A stretch of DNA of 64,000 nt from an uncultured Verrucomicrobiota bacterium (lineage in GTDB: Bacteria; Verrucomicrobiota; Verrucomicrobiia; Palsa-1439). Position numbers and translations under genes: made by a program. This document shows positions 27,261 to 38,738 of this stretch, one piece after another. Below the pieces are notes generated by a model, which was given only the letters and a program-made list of their open reading frames with translations, was not told where the DNA came from and did no database searches. The number at the start of each line of letters is the position of its first letter. Within the stretch, counting starts at the first letter, position 1. The DNA lies in contig CAINDI010000069.1 in NCBI GenBank assembly GCA_903847335.1, forward strand, positions 1,677 to 65,676, written 5' to 3'.

Positions 27261-28736
27261 CTAAAGCTGCGCCACGAAATTCTTGAGCAGTGCCAAGAGT
27301 GGCTGCGGGTTCAAGCCTAGATAGATAACGGCAATCGCGACAGCCGCGAGGGTGAGATTCAGATAGACCGGCGTTTTGAGGCGTTCTTCATTACGCGCTT
27401 TGTGGACATACATGTGCTTCAGCAGGATTAAATAGTAGTACAACGACACGGCGCTCATCGCGATGCCGATGATCACCAGCCAGAGCAGGCCGAAGTTGAC
27501 CGAGTCGCGTTCCACCGCCGCCATGAATAGATAGAATTTTCCGAAGAACCCACCCAACGGCGGCACACCGGCGAGTGATAGGATGAAAATTAACATCAAC
27601 AGCGACAGGAACGGTGCGCGCTTAGCCATGCCGTCGAAATGTTCCAAGTCATCACCGCCCACACGTTCCGATAACGCCGTGACCACGCCGAACGCGCCGA
27701 GGTTCGTTAAGGCATAGACAATCACGTAAAAGAAAACTGAGGTCGCGCCGGTCACCGACGCGGCGAGTAAACCAACGAAGATGTAGCCGGCATGGGCAAT
27801 ACTTGAATACGCGAGCATCCGTTTGACGTTGTGCTGCACAATCGCCGCCAGATTTCCCAACACCATGCTGGCGACTGCCATGAGCGCCAGCAACATCGTC
27901 CAGCCGGGCGTCAGATGTTTCCAAAACGCCGAGCCGGGCATTCCGGCAAAGCTGAGCATCACAAATTTGGTGAGAACAAAAAAGCTCGCGACCTTTGAGC
28001 CGGTGGCAATGAAAGCTGTCACCGGCGTCGGCGCGCCTTCGTAGGCATCCGGCGCCCAGAGATGAAACGGCACGACTGCCACCTTGAATCCAAACCCGAC
28101 GAGAATAAAGAGTAACGCCACCACCAGCAGCGGCGTACTTCCGGTGGCCTGAATCGCGACTGCAATCTCCCGCAGGTTGGTGCTGCCAGTAACGCCATAC
28201 AAGTAACTCATCCCAAACAACAGAAACGCTGACGAAATCGCGCCAAACATGAAATACTTCACCGCGGCCTCTTGTGACCGGAGCGCGCCTTTGTGGAATG
28301 CGGTCAGGATGTAAAGGCTCAGACTGGTTAGTTCTAGCGCGACAAAAACCGTAATCAGTTCCTCGGCACTAACCAGCAACATCATACCGATGGCTCCGAA
28401 TAATACCGTCGCGAAATACTCGCCGACATGCCGCCCCACCGGATACTCAATCGAAATAATCACCGTCAGCACTGTCAATGCGACGACGACAATTTTAAAA
28501 ATCACCGTCAACTGATTGACGACCAGCGTGCCGCCTAACAATGTCACCGGTGCTTGCTGGATCAGCAACACGATTGCTCCAAGCAATCCGACAATGGCAA
28601 ATACCCCGGCAATTCGCATCCGTTGCTGAAGTTCGTGGGAATGTTGCAGCAGCAGATCAAAGGTGAGCGCGACGAATGCCGCCAGCAATAGTATAACCTC
28701 CGGTGCGAGCGCGCGGAAAAGAGTCAGATAATTCAT
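27261..28736 (-). CDS. nuoN: NADH-quinone oxidoreductase subunit N
   Basis: 491 aa polytopic antiporter-like subunit; last gene of the nuo operon. Confidence 0.8.
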   Translation of the reverse strand: MNYLTLFRALAPEVILLLAAFVALTFDLLLQHSHELQQRMRIAGVFAIVGLLGAIVLLIQQAPVTLLGGTLVVNQLTVIFKIVVVALTVLTVIISIEYPVGRHVGEYFATVLFGAIGMMLLVSAEELITVFVALELTSLSLYILTAFHKGALRSQEAAVKYFMFGAISSAFLLFGMSYLYGVTGSTNLREIAVAIQATGSTPLLVVALLFILVGFGFKVAVVPFHLWAPDAYEGAPTPVTAFIATGSKVASFFVLTKFVMLSFAGMPGSAFWKHLTPGWTMLLALMAVASMVLGNLAAIVQHNVKRMLAYSSIAHAGYIFVGLLAASVTGATSVFFYVIVYALTNLGAFGVVTALSERVGGDDLEHFDGMAKRAPFLSLLMLIFILSLAGVPPLGGFFGKFYLFMAAVERDSVNFGLLWLVIIGIAMSAVSLYYYLILLKHMYVHKARNEERLKTPVYLNLTLAAVAIAVIYLGLNPQPLLALLKNFVAQL

Positions 28737-30241
28737 CGCGCCACCCCCGGAAATAACGCCACATTCGCCTTAATCATATCCAGCATGATGGACGGATAAA
28801 GCCCGACAATTACCAGCAGCGCCATCAAAATCACTGACGCCACAACTTCCGGACAAGTAATCCCCGGTAAGTTCCACCGCGATTCTCCGACTACTTCGCC
28901 GTGACCGTGACCATCACCGGTGACATGTTCTTCCTCCGCAAAAAAAACTTTATGCAACGCCAGCAGAATGTACGCCGCCGTGATTGCGATACTAATCGCC
29001 GCGCCAGCCGCCAACCACGGACTCATCTGGAATGCGCCGATGAGCACTTGAATCTCCGCCACGAATCCGCTGAATCCCGGCAATCCCATTGAAGCTGTAC
29101 CGCCAATCAGGAACGTCCAGAACGCAAACGGAAGCGCCTTACGTAAGCCGCCGAGTTCGTCGAGCTGACGGGTGTGAGTCCGGTCATAGATCATCCGGCC
29201 AACCACTGCAAACAAAAGACTCGCCACGACGCCGTGCGAAAACATCTGCAAAATCGCACCCGACATACCGGTGACATTCAGCGTCGCCAACCCAAGAATT
29301 ACAAAACCCATGTGACTGACGCTTGAATAGCCGATGATGAACTTGAAATCTTTTTGCACCAGTGCCACCGCCGCGCCATAGACGATGGCGATGACGGCCA
29401 TCCAAGCGATGATCCACCGCCAATATTCAAATCCTGCTGGGAACAACAACATCGCCGCCCGCAGGCAGCCGTACGCCCCAAGCTTCATGACTACGCCGGC
29501 CAGTAACATACTTGCCGCCGTTGGCGCGGCAACGTGACCAGTTGGTGCCCAAGTGTGAAACGGCCACATACCGGCCAAGACTCCAAACCCGACAAAGATT
29601 AACGGAAAAACCCACACCTGAATGTGACCGGCAATCGGATATTTGGATAACTCCAAGATGTCGAAGGTGATGCCACCGGCGGCGAAATATGCCGCCAGTA
29701 CACCGATGAAAACCAGCGCGCTGCCGATGAATGAATACAGCACCAACTTCATCGCGCCATATTCCTTCCGAGTCGAACCCCAGATCGCGATGATGAAGTA
29801 TTTTGGAATAATCGCCAACTCATAGAACACAAATAGCAAAAACAAATCCATCGCCATGAACACGCCATAAACCGCCGCAATCAGCGTCAGGAAGAAGGCG
29901 AAAAATTCCTTCACGCGCTCTTCGATGTTCCAGCTAAACAGGATGCCGGTGACGCAGACAAAACCATTTAGCACCACGAGCGGATAATTAATGCCGTCCA
30001 CGGCGAGGTGGTAATTTGAGCCGAGCAGTGGAATCCACGGCAAGTTGATAACTTGCCAGAGTCCGGCGTTACCGGTCTTAATCCACGAGTTATAAGCAAG
30101 ATAGCCGGTCAGTGCGACCGTTAACGCTGCCACGCCGGTCAGTAGCGCGGTCCATCGGATCAGATTTTTCGCGTTCCTCGGTAGGAGCATCACCAGCCCG
30201 GCCCCGATAAATGAAATATAAATTGACCAGTCAGCGCGCAT
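28733..30241 (-). CDS. nuoM: NADH-quinone oxidoreductase subunit M (copy 1)
   Basis: 502 aa antiporter-like subunit with the NuoM/ND4 pattern. Confidence 0.75.
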   Translation of the reverse strand: MRADWSIYISFIGAGLVMLLPRNAKNLIRWTALLTGVAALTVALTGYLAYNSWIKTGNAGLWQVINLPWIPLLGSNYHLAVDGINYPLVVLNGFVCVTGILFSWNIEERVKEFFAFFLTLIAAVYGVFMAMDLFLLFVFYELAIIPKYFIIAIWGSTRKEYGAMKLVLYSFIGSALVFIGVLAAYFAAGGITFDILELSKYPIAGHIQVWVFPLIFVGFGVLAGMWPFHTWAPTGHVAAPTAASMLLAGVVMKLGAYGCLRAAMLLFPAGFEYWRWIIAWMAVIAIVYGAAVALVQKDFKFIIGYSSVSHMGFVILGLATLNVTGMSGAILQMFSHGVVASLLFAVVGRMIYDRTHTRQLDELGGLRKALPFAFWTFLIGGTASMGLPGFSGFVAEIQVLIGAFQMSPWLAAGAAISIAITAAYILLALHKVFFAEEEHVTGDGHGHGEVVGESRWNLPGITCPEVVASVILMALLVIVGLYPSIMLDMIKANVALFPGVAR

Positions 30242-31815
30242 CAGGGCAACACTCCGGTTACGGTTTTAATCAAGCCCACGACGGCGTCATTCGAGACCCG
30301 CGTCAGGAAGGCCGGGTAAATGCCGATTCCGAACATGAACAGCATCAGCACGGCGCCAATGAAAATCTCGCGGGCTGTCATATCCGGCAGGTCTGTCCAT
30401 TTCAGATTAAGCGGTCCAAAACAAACTTTTTGCATCATCCCGAGCAGGAACACGCCGGTCACCACCAGACCAATTGTTGCCGCAATCGTCCAACCGGCTA
30501 CAATTGGAAACGCGCCCTTAAAAATTAAAAATTCGCCGACAAATCCATTCAGCCCCGGTAACCCTAGCGACGAGAACATTGAGATGCCAAGAATGCCGGC
30601 GTAGATCGGCATAATTTTACGCAAGCCGCCGTACTCCGCCAAATTCCGAGTGTGGGTTCGTTCGTAGATGACACCAACCATGAAGAACAACGCCGCCGCG
30701 CTAATCCCGTGATTGAACATTTGCAACATTGCGCCGTTGAGCGCTGCCGCTTTCTCGTTCATCACATCCGCTACGTTGTGCGCTCCGGCTACCACCGTAA
30801 AGATACCGAGCATTGCGTAACCCATGTGATTGACTGACGAATACGCAACCAATCGTTTGAAATCCGTCTGAGCCAGTGCCGCAAACGCGCCAAAGACGAT
30901 ACTGGCAAACGCCAAAAACATCAGCACATTCAAGTTTGCCGCAACCTGTACCGCATAGAGTGGTAAAATAATTCGCAGGAAACCGTACACGCCCATCTTC
31001 AGGAGAATTGCAGCCAGCACCATCGAGCCACCAGTGGGAGCCTGCGTATGTGCGTCCGGTAACCAAGTATGAAATGGCCAAATCGGCACTTTGATTGCAA
31101 ATCCGAGAAATGTTCCCCAAAACAACACCGTCATCATCCCCACTCCGGTCAGATGTAGACCGGTCTGCGTATTGATACCGGTGATAAGGTTGCCCACCAG
31201 ACCGGCAAGCTTACCGGTAGAGGCGAGTTGACGGAGTTCAAGAAAATCAAAAGTTCCGGTTGCCAGATACAAACAGCCAAACGCCACCAACATCGCCACG
31301 CTGCCGGCGAGTGTGTAGATGAAAAATTTGAACGAGGCGTAGGTGCGCTCCTCAGCGCCCCAAATCTTGATTAGGAAATACATCGGAATCAAACCGAGTT
31401 CCCAGAAGATGAACCAGTGTAAGAAATTCAGCGCCGTGAACACTCCAAACATTCCGGACTGCAAGAGTAGGAACAGAAAGAAAAACAACTTTACGTCTTT
31501 TTCTTGTTTCCAATGCGCCAGCAATGCGAGCGGCGTGATGATTGCCGTCAGCAACACCATTGTCACACTCAGTCCGTCCACGCCGAGACGATAATCTACG
31601 TTGAGCGCCCGAATCCACGACCAGCGCTCTTCGAACATAAGCGTTTGCGCTGAGTCGAATGCCAACCAAACTTTCAGCGTCAACAACAACGAGACCGCAC
31701 TAGCGAGGAGCGCGATAAACTTGGCGGCCTCTTTTCGGACACACAACACACCCACAGCGCCTACCAACGGGGCGATAGTGATTGCTGTCAAAATGTGATT
31801 AGTAGCAAGCCAGTT
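30241..31815 (-). CDS. nuoM: NADH-quinone oxidoreductase subunit M paralog (copy 2)
   Basis: NuoM/ND4-like; start set at MNWLATNHILT, immediately after the nuoL stop (the ORF track extends to 31917). Confidence 0.7.
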   Translation of the reverse strand, partial: NWLATNHILTAITIAPLVGAVGVLCVRKEAAKFIALLASAVSLLLTLKVWLAFDSAQTLMFEERWSWIRALNVDYRLGVDGLSVTMVLLTAIITPLALLAHWKQEKDVKLFFFLFLLLQSGMFGVFTALNFLHWFIFWELGLIPMYFLIKIWGAEERTYASFKFFIYTLAGSVAMLVAFGCLYLATGTFDFLELRQLASTGKLAGLVGNLITGINTQTGLHLTGVGMMTVLFWGTFLGFAIKVPIWPFHTWLPDAHTQAPTGGSMVLAAILLKMGVYGFLRIILPLYAVQVAANLNVLMFLAFASIVFGAFAALAQTDFKRLVAYSSVNHMGYAMLGIFTVVAGAHNVADVMNEKAAALNGAMLQMFNHGISAAALFFMVGVIYERTHTRNLAEYGGLRKIMPIYAGILGISMFSSLGLPGLNGFVGEFLIFKGAFPIVAGWTIAATIGLVVTGVFLLGMMQKVCFGPLNLKWTDLPDMTAREIFIGAVLMLFMFGIGIYPAFLTRVSNDAVVGLIKTVTGVLP

Positions 31816-31817
31816 CA

Positions 31818-33833
31818 TTATTTCAGAAAATAAACCACCAAGAGAATAATCGTTCCAAGACCGAGGATGCGGAAATAGTTCTGCACCCGGCCGCTTTGCA
31901 GTTTTGACATTAACCAACCCGAACCGCGTACAGTCTGGCAGCCGGCATCGAATCCGCCGTTGATGAAGAACTCATCGCCCACCCATCGGCAGACCTGCGA
32001 AATTCCGCGCACAATCCAGACGATGGAATGCAGAATGCCGTCCACCAATCGTTTGTCAATCACCCGGAACAAAGTGCCGCCCACCATTGTCGCACGGATA
32101 ATCGTCGCTTCGTAAAACTCATCCACATACCATTTCCGGTTCAAGCAAGTGAACAACCCGCCCAGCTTGCTTTCCAATGGATCCGGATCACTCGCGTGTG
32201 CCAGCGGCTTGCGACCGTACAAAAACCAGCCCAGTAAAATCCCCAGCGTGCCAACAGTAACCGATAGTCCCATCACTAATGCCTTACCGGATAATTCCTC
32301 TTCTTCCGCGCCAAGATAGTGAGCGTATTTGCCACCAAAGAAACCAAGTCCAATCGCAAAGAGACTCAACACCGCAATCGGCAACCACATATTCCATGGC
32401 ACTTCGTGCGGTTCGTGACCGCCATGACCATGAGCTGCACCATGGTCGCCGCCGCGCCATTTACCGGCAAACACCATAAACATTTGGCGCGTCATATAAA
32501 ACGCCGTCAGGAACGCCGCAAATGTTGCCATGCCCCACGCCAACTTGCTGCGCTGGAATGTCACGAGTAAAACTTCGTCTTTTGAGAAGAAGCCAGCAAA
32601 TGGCGGAACACCCGCCAACGCCAACATCCCGATGAGATAGCATACGAATGTAATCGGCATGTATTTCCGTAAGCCGCCCATTTTGCGCATGTCCTGCTCG
32701 TGGTGCGTGCCGATAATCACACAGCCGGAACCGAGGAACAGTAGCGCCTTGAAGAACGCGTGCGTCAGTAAATGAAATTGTCCCGGCACCAAGCCACCGG
32801 CACCGAGCGCCATCACCATGAAGCCGAGCTGCGAACAGGTCGAATACGCCAATACTCGTTTGATATCGAACTGCGCCACCGCAATTGTCGCCGAGAATAA
32901 CGCCGTAAATGCGCCAACATATAGCACCATGTCCATCGCAAACGTCGGATGTTCGAGGGAACCACCGGCGATGAATAACGGAAACATTCGTCCGACCATG
33001 AATACACCGGCGGCCACCATTGTCGCAGCGTGAATTAGCGCGCTCACCGGCGTCGGACCTTCCATCGCGTCCGGCAACCACACGTGCAGTGGAAACTGCG
33101 CGCTCTTGCCCATTGCGCCAATAAATAGCAGCACCGCAATCGTCGTCGCAACTGACCAACCAAACCAGCCGGGACCAAGTAGCTCGCCGACTCTCTGAAG
33201 TGCGCCGGTACCTTCTGCGGTATAAAGATTCAGAGTCCCGGTTTTCCAGAAGAGCATCAGGATGCCGAGAAAAAATCCGACATCGCCAATGCGTGTCGTG
33301 ATGAAGGCCTTCTTGCAGGCCGCCGCTGCGCTCGGTTTGTGGAACCAAAAACCGATCAGTAGATAGCTGCACAATCCGACCAGTTCCCAGCACATGAACA
33401 ACAGTAGAATATTATTCGAGACCACCAACCCGAGCATGGCTGCCGCAAACAAAGACAAGAAACAAAAGAACCGCGTGAAATTCTCGTCATCGTGCATATA
33501 GCCGGTGGCGTTTACAAAAATCCAGAACCCGACAAACGTCACCATTGCCGCCATCGCCGCCGTTAGTGGATCGAGGATGAATCCTAATTTGAATGACACT
33601 GTACCGTAGTCAAACCAGGTGAAATTCCAAACTGCCCGTACTACCTCAGCGTGACCGAGTGTTGCAAAAAATGCTCGCAACGCAAACAGACAAGAAATCC
33701 CCATCGCCATGAGGCATAGCCCCGCCGATAATTTCTTGGCACTGCGTGGCAACAGCGATTGAATTGCCGCTGCAGCGAGTGGAATCGCTGGAATCAACCA
33801 CTGTTGGCGGGCGAGTTTGTGAAGGTGATCCAT
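31818..33833 (-). CDS. nuoL: NADH-quinone oxidoreductase subunit L
   Basis: 671 aa; long antiporter-like subunit with a C-terminal amphipathic extension (HAFFKALLFLG). Confidence 0.85.
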   Translation of the reverse strand: MDHLHKLARQQWLIPAIPLAAAAIQSLLPRSAKKLSAGLCLMAMGISCLFALRAFFATLGHAEVVRAVWNFTWFDYGTVSFKLGFILDPLTAAMAAMVTFVGFWIFVNATGYMHDDENFTRFFCFLSLFAAAMLGLVVSNNILLLFMCWELVGLCSYLLIGFWFHKPSAAAACKKAFITTRIGDVGFFLGILMLFWKTGTLNLYTAEGTGALQRVGELLGPGWFGWSVATTIAVLLFIGAMGKSAQFPLHVWLPDAMEGPTPVSALIHAATMVAAGVFMVGRMFPLFIAGGSLEHPTFAMDMVLYVGAFTALFSATIAVAQFDIKRVLAYSTCSQLGFMVMALGAGGLVPGQFHLLTHAFFKALLFLGSGCVIIGTHHEQDMRKMGGLRKYMPITFVCYLIGMLALAGVPPFAGFFSKDEVLLVTFQRSKLAWGMATFAAFLTAFYMTRQMFMVFAGKWRGGDHGAAHGHGGHEPHEVPWNMWLPIAVLSLFAIGLGFFGGKYAHYLGAEEEELSGKALVMGLSVTVGTLGILLGWFLYGRKPLAHASDPDPLESKLGGLFTCLNRKWYVDEFYEATIIRATMVGGTLFRVIDKRLVDGILHSIVWIVRGISQVCRWVGDEFFINGGFDAGCQTVRGSGWLMSKLQSGRVQNYFRILGLGTIILLVVYFLK

Positions 33834-33834
33834 C

Positions 33835-34146
33835 TTAACCTTTCAACTCCTTCATTTCGTCCACATCGACAGATTTATAGTGCCGGTACACCGCGATCAC
33901 CAGCGCGAGTCCGACGGCAGACTCCGCTGCGGCAATCGCAATGGCAAAAATAGCGAACAATTGCGCGGTCGGCACGGCGAAATGTTTATAATGCCAAAAG
34001 GCAACTAGATTCAGGATGGCCGAGTTAAACATCACTTCGATACCCATCAGCACAATGATTGCGTTCTTCCTTGTCAGCGCACCAGCTAAGCCAATCGCAA
34101 ACAAGATTGCCGCCAAAATTAAATAATGTCCGAGAGGAATATTCAT
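33835..34146 (-). CDS. nuoK: NADH-quinone oxidoreductase subunit K
   Basis: 103 aa from the internal Met MNIPLGHYLILAAILF; 3 TM helices; ATGA overlap with nuoJ. Confidence 0.8.
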   Translation of the reverse strand: MNIPLGHYLILAAILFAIGLAGALTRKNAIIVLMGIEVMFNSAILNLVAFWHYKHFAVPTAQLFAIFAIAIAAAESAVGLALVIAVYRHYKSVDVDEMKELKG

Positions 34147-34652
34147 CACGATTTCTGAATCTCCTCTAACGCAATCACGACCGCACCAATCAATGCCGCC
34201 GTCAGCAAGATCGCAATCGCCTCCAATGACACCACCCAACCGGCCACCAGCGCCTTGCCAATCTCCGCGACCGAACTTTGCGCCTTGTCTCCGGCCGGTA
34301 ACAACGTGGCCAGTGGATCGCTCAGAATTGCTTTCTTGAGCAAAATCGCCAACGTGGCTGCAATCGCCGCGCCGCTCCACCACTTCACGCCAAGCAACTC
34401 TTTCGGACCATCCACACCGGTGACATTATGTGTCAGCATAATCGCAAATAAAATTAAGACGGCAACCGCGCCGACGTAAATCAGAATCTGAACTGTCCCC
34501 AAGAAGTCAGCGCGGAGTAGAAAATAATGCGCCGCAATCCCAATGAAAAATAGGATTAACGCTAGAACACAATGCACGAGATTGCGAAGCGTAACCGCCA
34601 ACACTGCGCCAAGTACCGCAACCGCTGAGATGATCCAGAAGGCGATATTCAT
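34146..34652 (-). CDS. nuoJ: NADH-quinone oxidoreductase subunit J
   Basis: 168 aa polytopic protein MNIAFWIISAVAVLGAV. Confidence 0.75.
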   Translation of the reverse strand: MNIAFWIISAVAVLGAVLAVTLRNLVHCVLALILFFIGIAAHYFLLRADFLGTVQILIYVGAVAVLILFAIMLTHNVTGVDGPKELLGVKWWSGAAIAATLAILLKKAILSDPLATLLPAGDKAQSSVAEIGKALVAGWVVSLEAIAILLTAALIGAVVIALEEIQKS

Positions 34653-35812
34653 ACGTACCGGTACTCCCGCTTTTCAAGTATCGCGGACGCATTGCATTTC
34701 GTTAACACAAGGAACCAAATCACCAGCCAGCCAGTCGTGACCACCCACGCTAGCGGTCGTGGTGTCAGGAAGTGCCAGAAACCAACTGCGACGATATTGA
34801 CTAACGCCAGCGGCAACAGAACTTTCCACGCGAACCCCATTAGTTGATCCACTCGCAGCCGTGGCCACGTACCGCGAATCCAAATATTCAACATAATCAT
34901 GCCAGCTAACTTGCTAAAAAACCAAAGCATCGCGATCAAACTACCGACCAAGCCCGGTCCGCTACCGGGACCCATGTAACCACCGAGAAACAACGTCACC
35001 GTCACGCCTGCCATTGCCATTCCGGCGAGGTATTCGCCCATCTGGAAGAGCGCAAATTTGAAACCGCTGTACTCGGTATGATAACCGCCGATTAATTCTG
35101 ATTCCGCTTCCGGTAAGTCAAATGGACACCGGGCAGATTCAGCCAATCCGCCAATCACGAACAATACAAAGCCCACCAGTCCCCACGGGCGGAACACGTA
35201 CCAATTGGAAATATTCAAGATTCCCCCGCCCTGTCGTTGCACAATGGTCAACGTCGAGAGCGTACCGGCGGCCATAATGACTGCGACACCGGCCATCACC
35301 GTCGGCACTTCGTAGGAGACGACTTGCGCCACCGCACGCACCGCACCAAGCAATGAAAACTTATTGCGTGAAGCCCAGCCTGCCATAAACAATGCGATTG
35401 CCGACATCGTTCCCACTGCCAGCGCAAATAACACACCGATTTTGAGGTCCACCGCCACCATTCCCGGTGCCACCGGCACGACTAAATAAACCAGCAATCC
35501 CGGTACGACAATCAAGACCGGCGCTAGAAAATGCGTAAACTTATCCGCAACTCGCGGCACAATGTCTTCCTTTAATAAAATTTTTAACCCGTCAGCTAAC
35601 GGTTGTAGTACTCCAAAGATACCGACGCGATTCGGACCGTACCGGTTCTGAATTCGGCCAAGTGCTTTTCGTTCGACTAAAGTTGTTAATGCAAAGATGG
35701 CCGGATACACACCGAAGATAAAGGCAATCGGAATCAGAAACGCCGCGACCTGCACCGTCCACGCCGGTACATTTGCAAATGTCACATGTAATAATTGGTA
35801 AATCGTTTCCAC
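34649..35812 (-). CDS. nuoH: NADH-quinone oxidoreductase subunit H
   Basis: NuoH/ND1 signature (LVERKALGRIQNRYGPNRVG, PFDLPEAESEL); probable GTG start (METIYQLL) 1 nt after the nuoI stop; the ORF track N-terminal extension is rejected. Confidence 0.75.
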   Translation of the reverse strand: METIYQLLHVTFANVPAWTVQVAAFLIPIAFIFGVYPAIFALTTLVERKALGRIQNRYGPNRVGIFGVLQPLADGLKILLKEDIVPRVADKFTHFLAPVLIVVPGLLVYLVVPVAPGMVAVDLKIGVLFALAVGTMSAIALFMAGWASRNKFSLLGAVRAVAQVVSYEVPTVMAGVAVIMAAGTLSTLTIVQRQGGGILNISNWYVFRPWGLVGFVLFVIGGLAESARCPFDLPEAESELIGGYHTEYSGFKFALFQMGEYLAGMAMAGVTVTLFLGGYMGPGSGPGLVGSLIAMLWFFSKLAGMIMLNIWIRGTWPRLRVDQLMGFAWKVLLPLALVNIVAVGFWHFLTPRPLAWVVTTGWLVIWFLVLTKCNASAILEKREYRYV

Positions 35813-35813
35813 G

Positions 35814-36407
35814 TTAGGTCGCGCTTCCCGCCGGTGGTGTCGCCGCTGCTTTAGCAGCGGCAGCCGCCACTGCAGCCGCTTTCTTGGCGGCTTTTGCTTC
35901 AGCTTCAGCCTTGAGCTTGGCGTCCACCTCGGCAGCCTTAACCGGTTTGATCTGCCGGTAGTAATCATTCGATTTCAACAAATCCGGCAGACGCTGCACT
36001 AAATCATTAAACCGGCCGTACTTGGATTTCTCATAATCGTTGTCCATCTTGATTGACTCAAACGGACAAACCTCGACGCAAATCTGGCATTGCATACAAA
36101 CGCTGATGTCGATGTCAAACGCCTTCGGTCGTTGCAGCGGCTTGCCCTTGTCGTCGCGATCCATGACGATATAGATGCACTTCGGCGGACATTCGACTTC
36201 ACAAATTTTGCAAGCGGTACAGCGCGGCTTGTCCGGTGACTCATCAAATACCAAAAATGGAAAAGTCCGCGAATTCTCCGGTGTCTGAATGCGTTCTTCG
36301 GGATATTGCACCGTGGTCAGCCGATCTTTGTAAAAATAGCTGCCGACAAAATTCCGAGCCGTTACCGCCAAACCTTCGACTAAACCTTTACCAGGATAAT
36401 TCATCAC
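35814..36407 (-). CDS. nuoI: NADH-quinone oxidoreductase subunit I (2x[4Fe-4S] ferredoxin)
   Basis: two CxxCxxCxxxCP motifs; unusual C-terminal Ala/Lys-rich tail ([29 protein letters not shown]). Confidence 0.85.
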   Translation of the reverse strand: MMNYPGKGLVEGLAVTARNFVGSYFYKDRLTTVQYPEERIQTPENSRTFPFLVFDESPDKPRCTACKICEVECPPKCIYIVMDRDDKGKPLQRPKAFDIDISVCMQCQICVEVCPFESIKMDNDYEKSKYGRFNDLVQRLPDLLKSNDYYRQIKPVKAAEVDAKLKAEAEAKAAKKAAAVAAAAAKAAATPPAGSAT

Positions 36408-37546
36408 CGGTCCACCTCACCCAGCACGATGTCGATGCTGCCGAGAATGATAATCGCGTCCGCAACTTTGTGGCCGACGCACATATCTTCGAGTACCGTC
36501 AAATTAATGAAGCTCGGCGGACGGATATGATACCGGTACGGTTTTGGTCCACCTTCCGACACAAGATAAAATCCGAGTTCGCCCTTTGCCCCTTCCACTC
36601 GTCCATAACCATCGCCAGCCGGAATCTTGAACCCACGCAGTTTAACTTCCACCGCCTGCACTGGCCCCGCCGGAATATCGCGCAATACCTGTTGCAAAAT
36701 CTTCACTGACTCGCGCATTTCCAACACGCGAATGTAATACCGGTCATACACATCGCCAACCGCACCGACCGGCACGCCAAACTCGAGTTGGCCATAAACA
36801 CCATACTTGTCCACCTTGCGGATGTCATACTCGACGCCGCTGGCACGTGCGACCGGACCGGAAATGCTACCGGCAATCGCCAATTCCTTCGGGAGAATGC
36901 CAACGCGCTGACACCGAGCGAGTACGACTTCGTTGGTGGTCATCAGCTTCTCAAATTCATCAAGAAACTTCGGAAATTCCGCGACGATTTTGCGCGCCAT
37001 CGCCAGCATTTCGTCGTTGAGATCGACACGAACTCCACCGAACCGGAAATAATTACACATCATTCGCGAACCGCTGACGGTTTCAAAGAAATCCAAAATC
37101 TTTTCTCGTTCCTTGAAAGCATACAGCAATGGCGTGCCCCACGCACCGCAGTCTTGCAGGAGAAATCCGATTGCCGAAGCGTGGTTTTGCAGACGCGACA
37201 ACTCCGCCATGATCACGCGAATGTATTCGGCGCGCTCCGGTACCTTAATGCCAGCTAATTTTTCCACGGCGAGCGCGTAGGCCCAATTGTTGGACATCGA
37301 GTTAAAATAATCGAGCCGGTCGGTGTACGGCATTGAGCCGAGCCAACTCATTTTCTCGGCGAGCTGCTCGTGATTCCGGTGGAGATAGCCAACTACCGGC
37401 TTCAAGGCGCGGACGACTTCGCCATCAAGCACCACATCCATCCGAAACACGCCATGAGTGCTAGGGTGTTGCGGGCCGATGGAGATTTCAAGCAGCTGCG
37501 TCGTAATCGCTCCACCAGCAGGAATAGTTGATGGTGCGGCAATCAT
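36404..37546 (-). CDS. nuoD: NADH-quinone oxidoreductase subunit D (49 kDa)
   Basis: 380 aa; [14 protein letters not shown] motif. Confidence 0.85.
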   Translation of the reverse strand: MIAAPSTIPAGGAITTQLLEISIGPQHPSTHGVFRMDVVLDGEVVRALKPVVGYLHRNHEQLAEKMSWLGSMPYTDRLDYFNSMSNNWAYALAVEKLAGIKVPERAEYIRVIMAELSRLQNHASAIGFLLQDCGAWGTPLLYAFKEREKILDFFETVSGSRMMCNYFRFGGVRVDLNDEMLAMARKIVAEFPKFLDEFEKLMTTNEVVLARCQRVGILPKELAIAGSISGPVARASGVEYDIRKVDKYGVYGQLEFGVPVGAVGDVYDRYYIRVLEMRESVKILQQVLRDIPAGPVQAVEVKLRGFKIPAGDGYGRVEGAKGELGFYLVSEGGPKPYRYHIRPPSFINLTVLEDMCVGHKVADAIIILGSIDIVLGEVDR

Positions 37547-38106
37547 TTCTTCACTTCCACTGCCGCGCTTGGCGGCATAATGCCACCGGCGGCCTTTGTG
37601 CGTTTCAAAACTTCATCGTGCGGCGTCGGCTCCCACTCGTAATCGGCCGGTGGAACGTAATCCTTCCGCATCGGATGATCGGTAAATTCGTTCCACATCA
37701 GAATCCGTCGCAAATCAGGATGGCCGTCAAACTTCACGCCGTATAAATCAAACGCCTCGCGTTCTTGAAATTCACAACCGCGCCAGACCGTCGTCAACGA
37801 CGGCACATGGCATTGATTGAGTTCGCGAGGAGCGCGCACTTTCAAGACGACCGGCCCGTGTTTCAACGCCACCGAGTACAAATGATAGACAATCTCAATA
37901 AACCCTTTCGCGAGATAATCCACACCGGTCACGCACGAACAGAAATCTAGCTGGCAGCTCGGCTCATTCTTGAGATAGCGCGCCACCGCCACCAAGTGTT
38001 CCCGGTCTACAAGCATCGCCGGTTGCGCTGCAGCCGGCGTCGAAGGCACAATCTCAATCACTGCGCCCGGAACTGCTGCGCAAAGTTGTTCGCTGGTGGG
38101 AATCAC
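37543..38106 (-). CDS. nuoC: NADH-quinone oxidoreductase subunit C (30 kDa)
   Basis: 187 aa; separate from nuoD (not fused). Confidence 0.8.
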   Translation of the reverse strand: MIPTSEQLCAAVPGAVIEIVPSTPAAAQPAMLVDREHLVAVARYLKNEPSCQLDFCSCVTGVDYLAKGFIEIVYHLYSVALKHGPVVLKVRAPRELNQCHVPSLTTVWRGCEFQEREAFDLYGVKFDGHPDLRRILMWNEFTDHPMRKDYVPPADYEWEPTPHDEVLKRTKAAGGIMPPSAAVEVKK

Positions 38107-38738
38107 GATTTCTTCGTTGACTCCTCGTTAGTCACGTCCCGGTAATCTTTCGGCGGCTGCCAGACTTCTGGATTCGCTGCCGGTAACAAATCATGCTCGC
38201 CGCAGACTGGAATTGGAAATTCAGTTGTCGCCGTCGCATCATACCAACGCGTCTGATCGATATGTTGACCGGTAATCTTCTCCTGCAAAGTAATAATCGC
38301 GTGCAACAATGCTTCCGGCCGGGGCGGACAACCGGGAATATGCACATCGACTGGAATGTAGCGGTCGACACCTTTAAGAACGTTGTAACCGTCTTTGAAT
38401 GGACCACCGGAGATTGCACAAGCACCCATGGCGATGACGTATTTCGGCTCCGGCATTTGATTAAAGAGTCGAACGACTTGCGGTGCCATTTTCTTTGTGA
38501 CAGTGCCGGCAACAATCATCAAGTCCGCTTGCCGGGGAGTTGCGCGAAACACTTCCGCGCCAAAGCGTGCGAGATCATACCGGGCGGCGGCGGCGGCAAT
38601 CATTTCAATCGCGCAACAGGCCAAGCCGAATTGCAGCGGCCAAATGGAAGATTTGCGACCCCAATTATAAAGCCATTCGGTCGAGACGACGAAGACGCCT
38701 TGCTTCTGCAATTCGCTTTTTAAGCCTTCGTCGATCAT
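38103..38738 (-). CDS. nuoB: NADH-quinone oxidoreductase subunit B (20 kDa, N2 cluster)
   Basis: CCAIEM...GCPPRPE cysteine motifs; start at the internal Met MIDEGLK, overlapping the nuoA stop. Confidence 0.8.
   Translation of the reverse strand: MIDEGLKSELQKQGVFVVSTEWLYNWGRKSSIWPLQFGLACCAIEMIAAAAARYDLARFGAEVFRATPRQADLMIVAGTVTKKMAPQVVRLFNQMPEPKYVIAMGACAISGGPFKDGYNVLKGVDRYIPVDVHIPGCPPRPEALLHAIITLQEKITGQHIDQTRWYDATATTEFPIPVCGEHDLLPAANPEVWQPPKDYRDVTNEESTKKS

Noticed and set aside
32461-33393. 310-aa ORF on the minus strand in an alternative frame within nuoL
   Set aside because: Arg/Gly/Cys-rich low-complexity translation overlapping the well-supported NuoL frame. Alternative-frame artefact.
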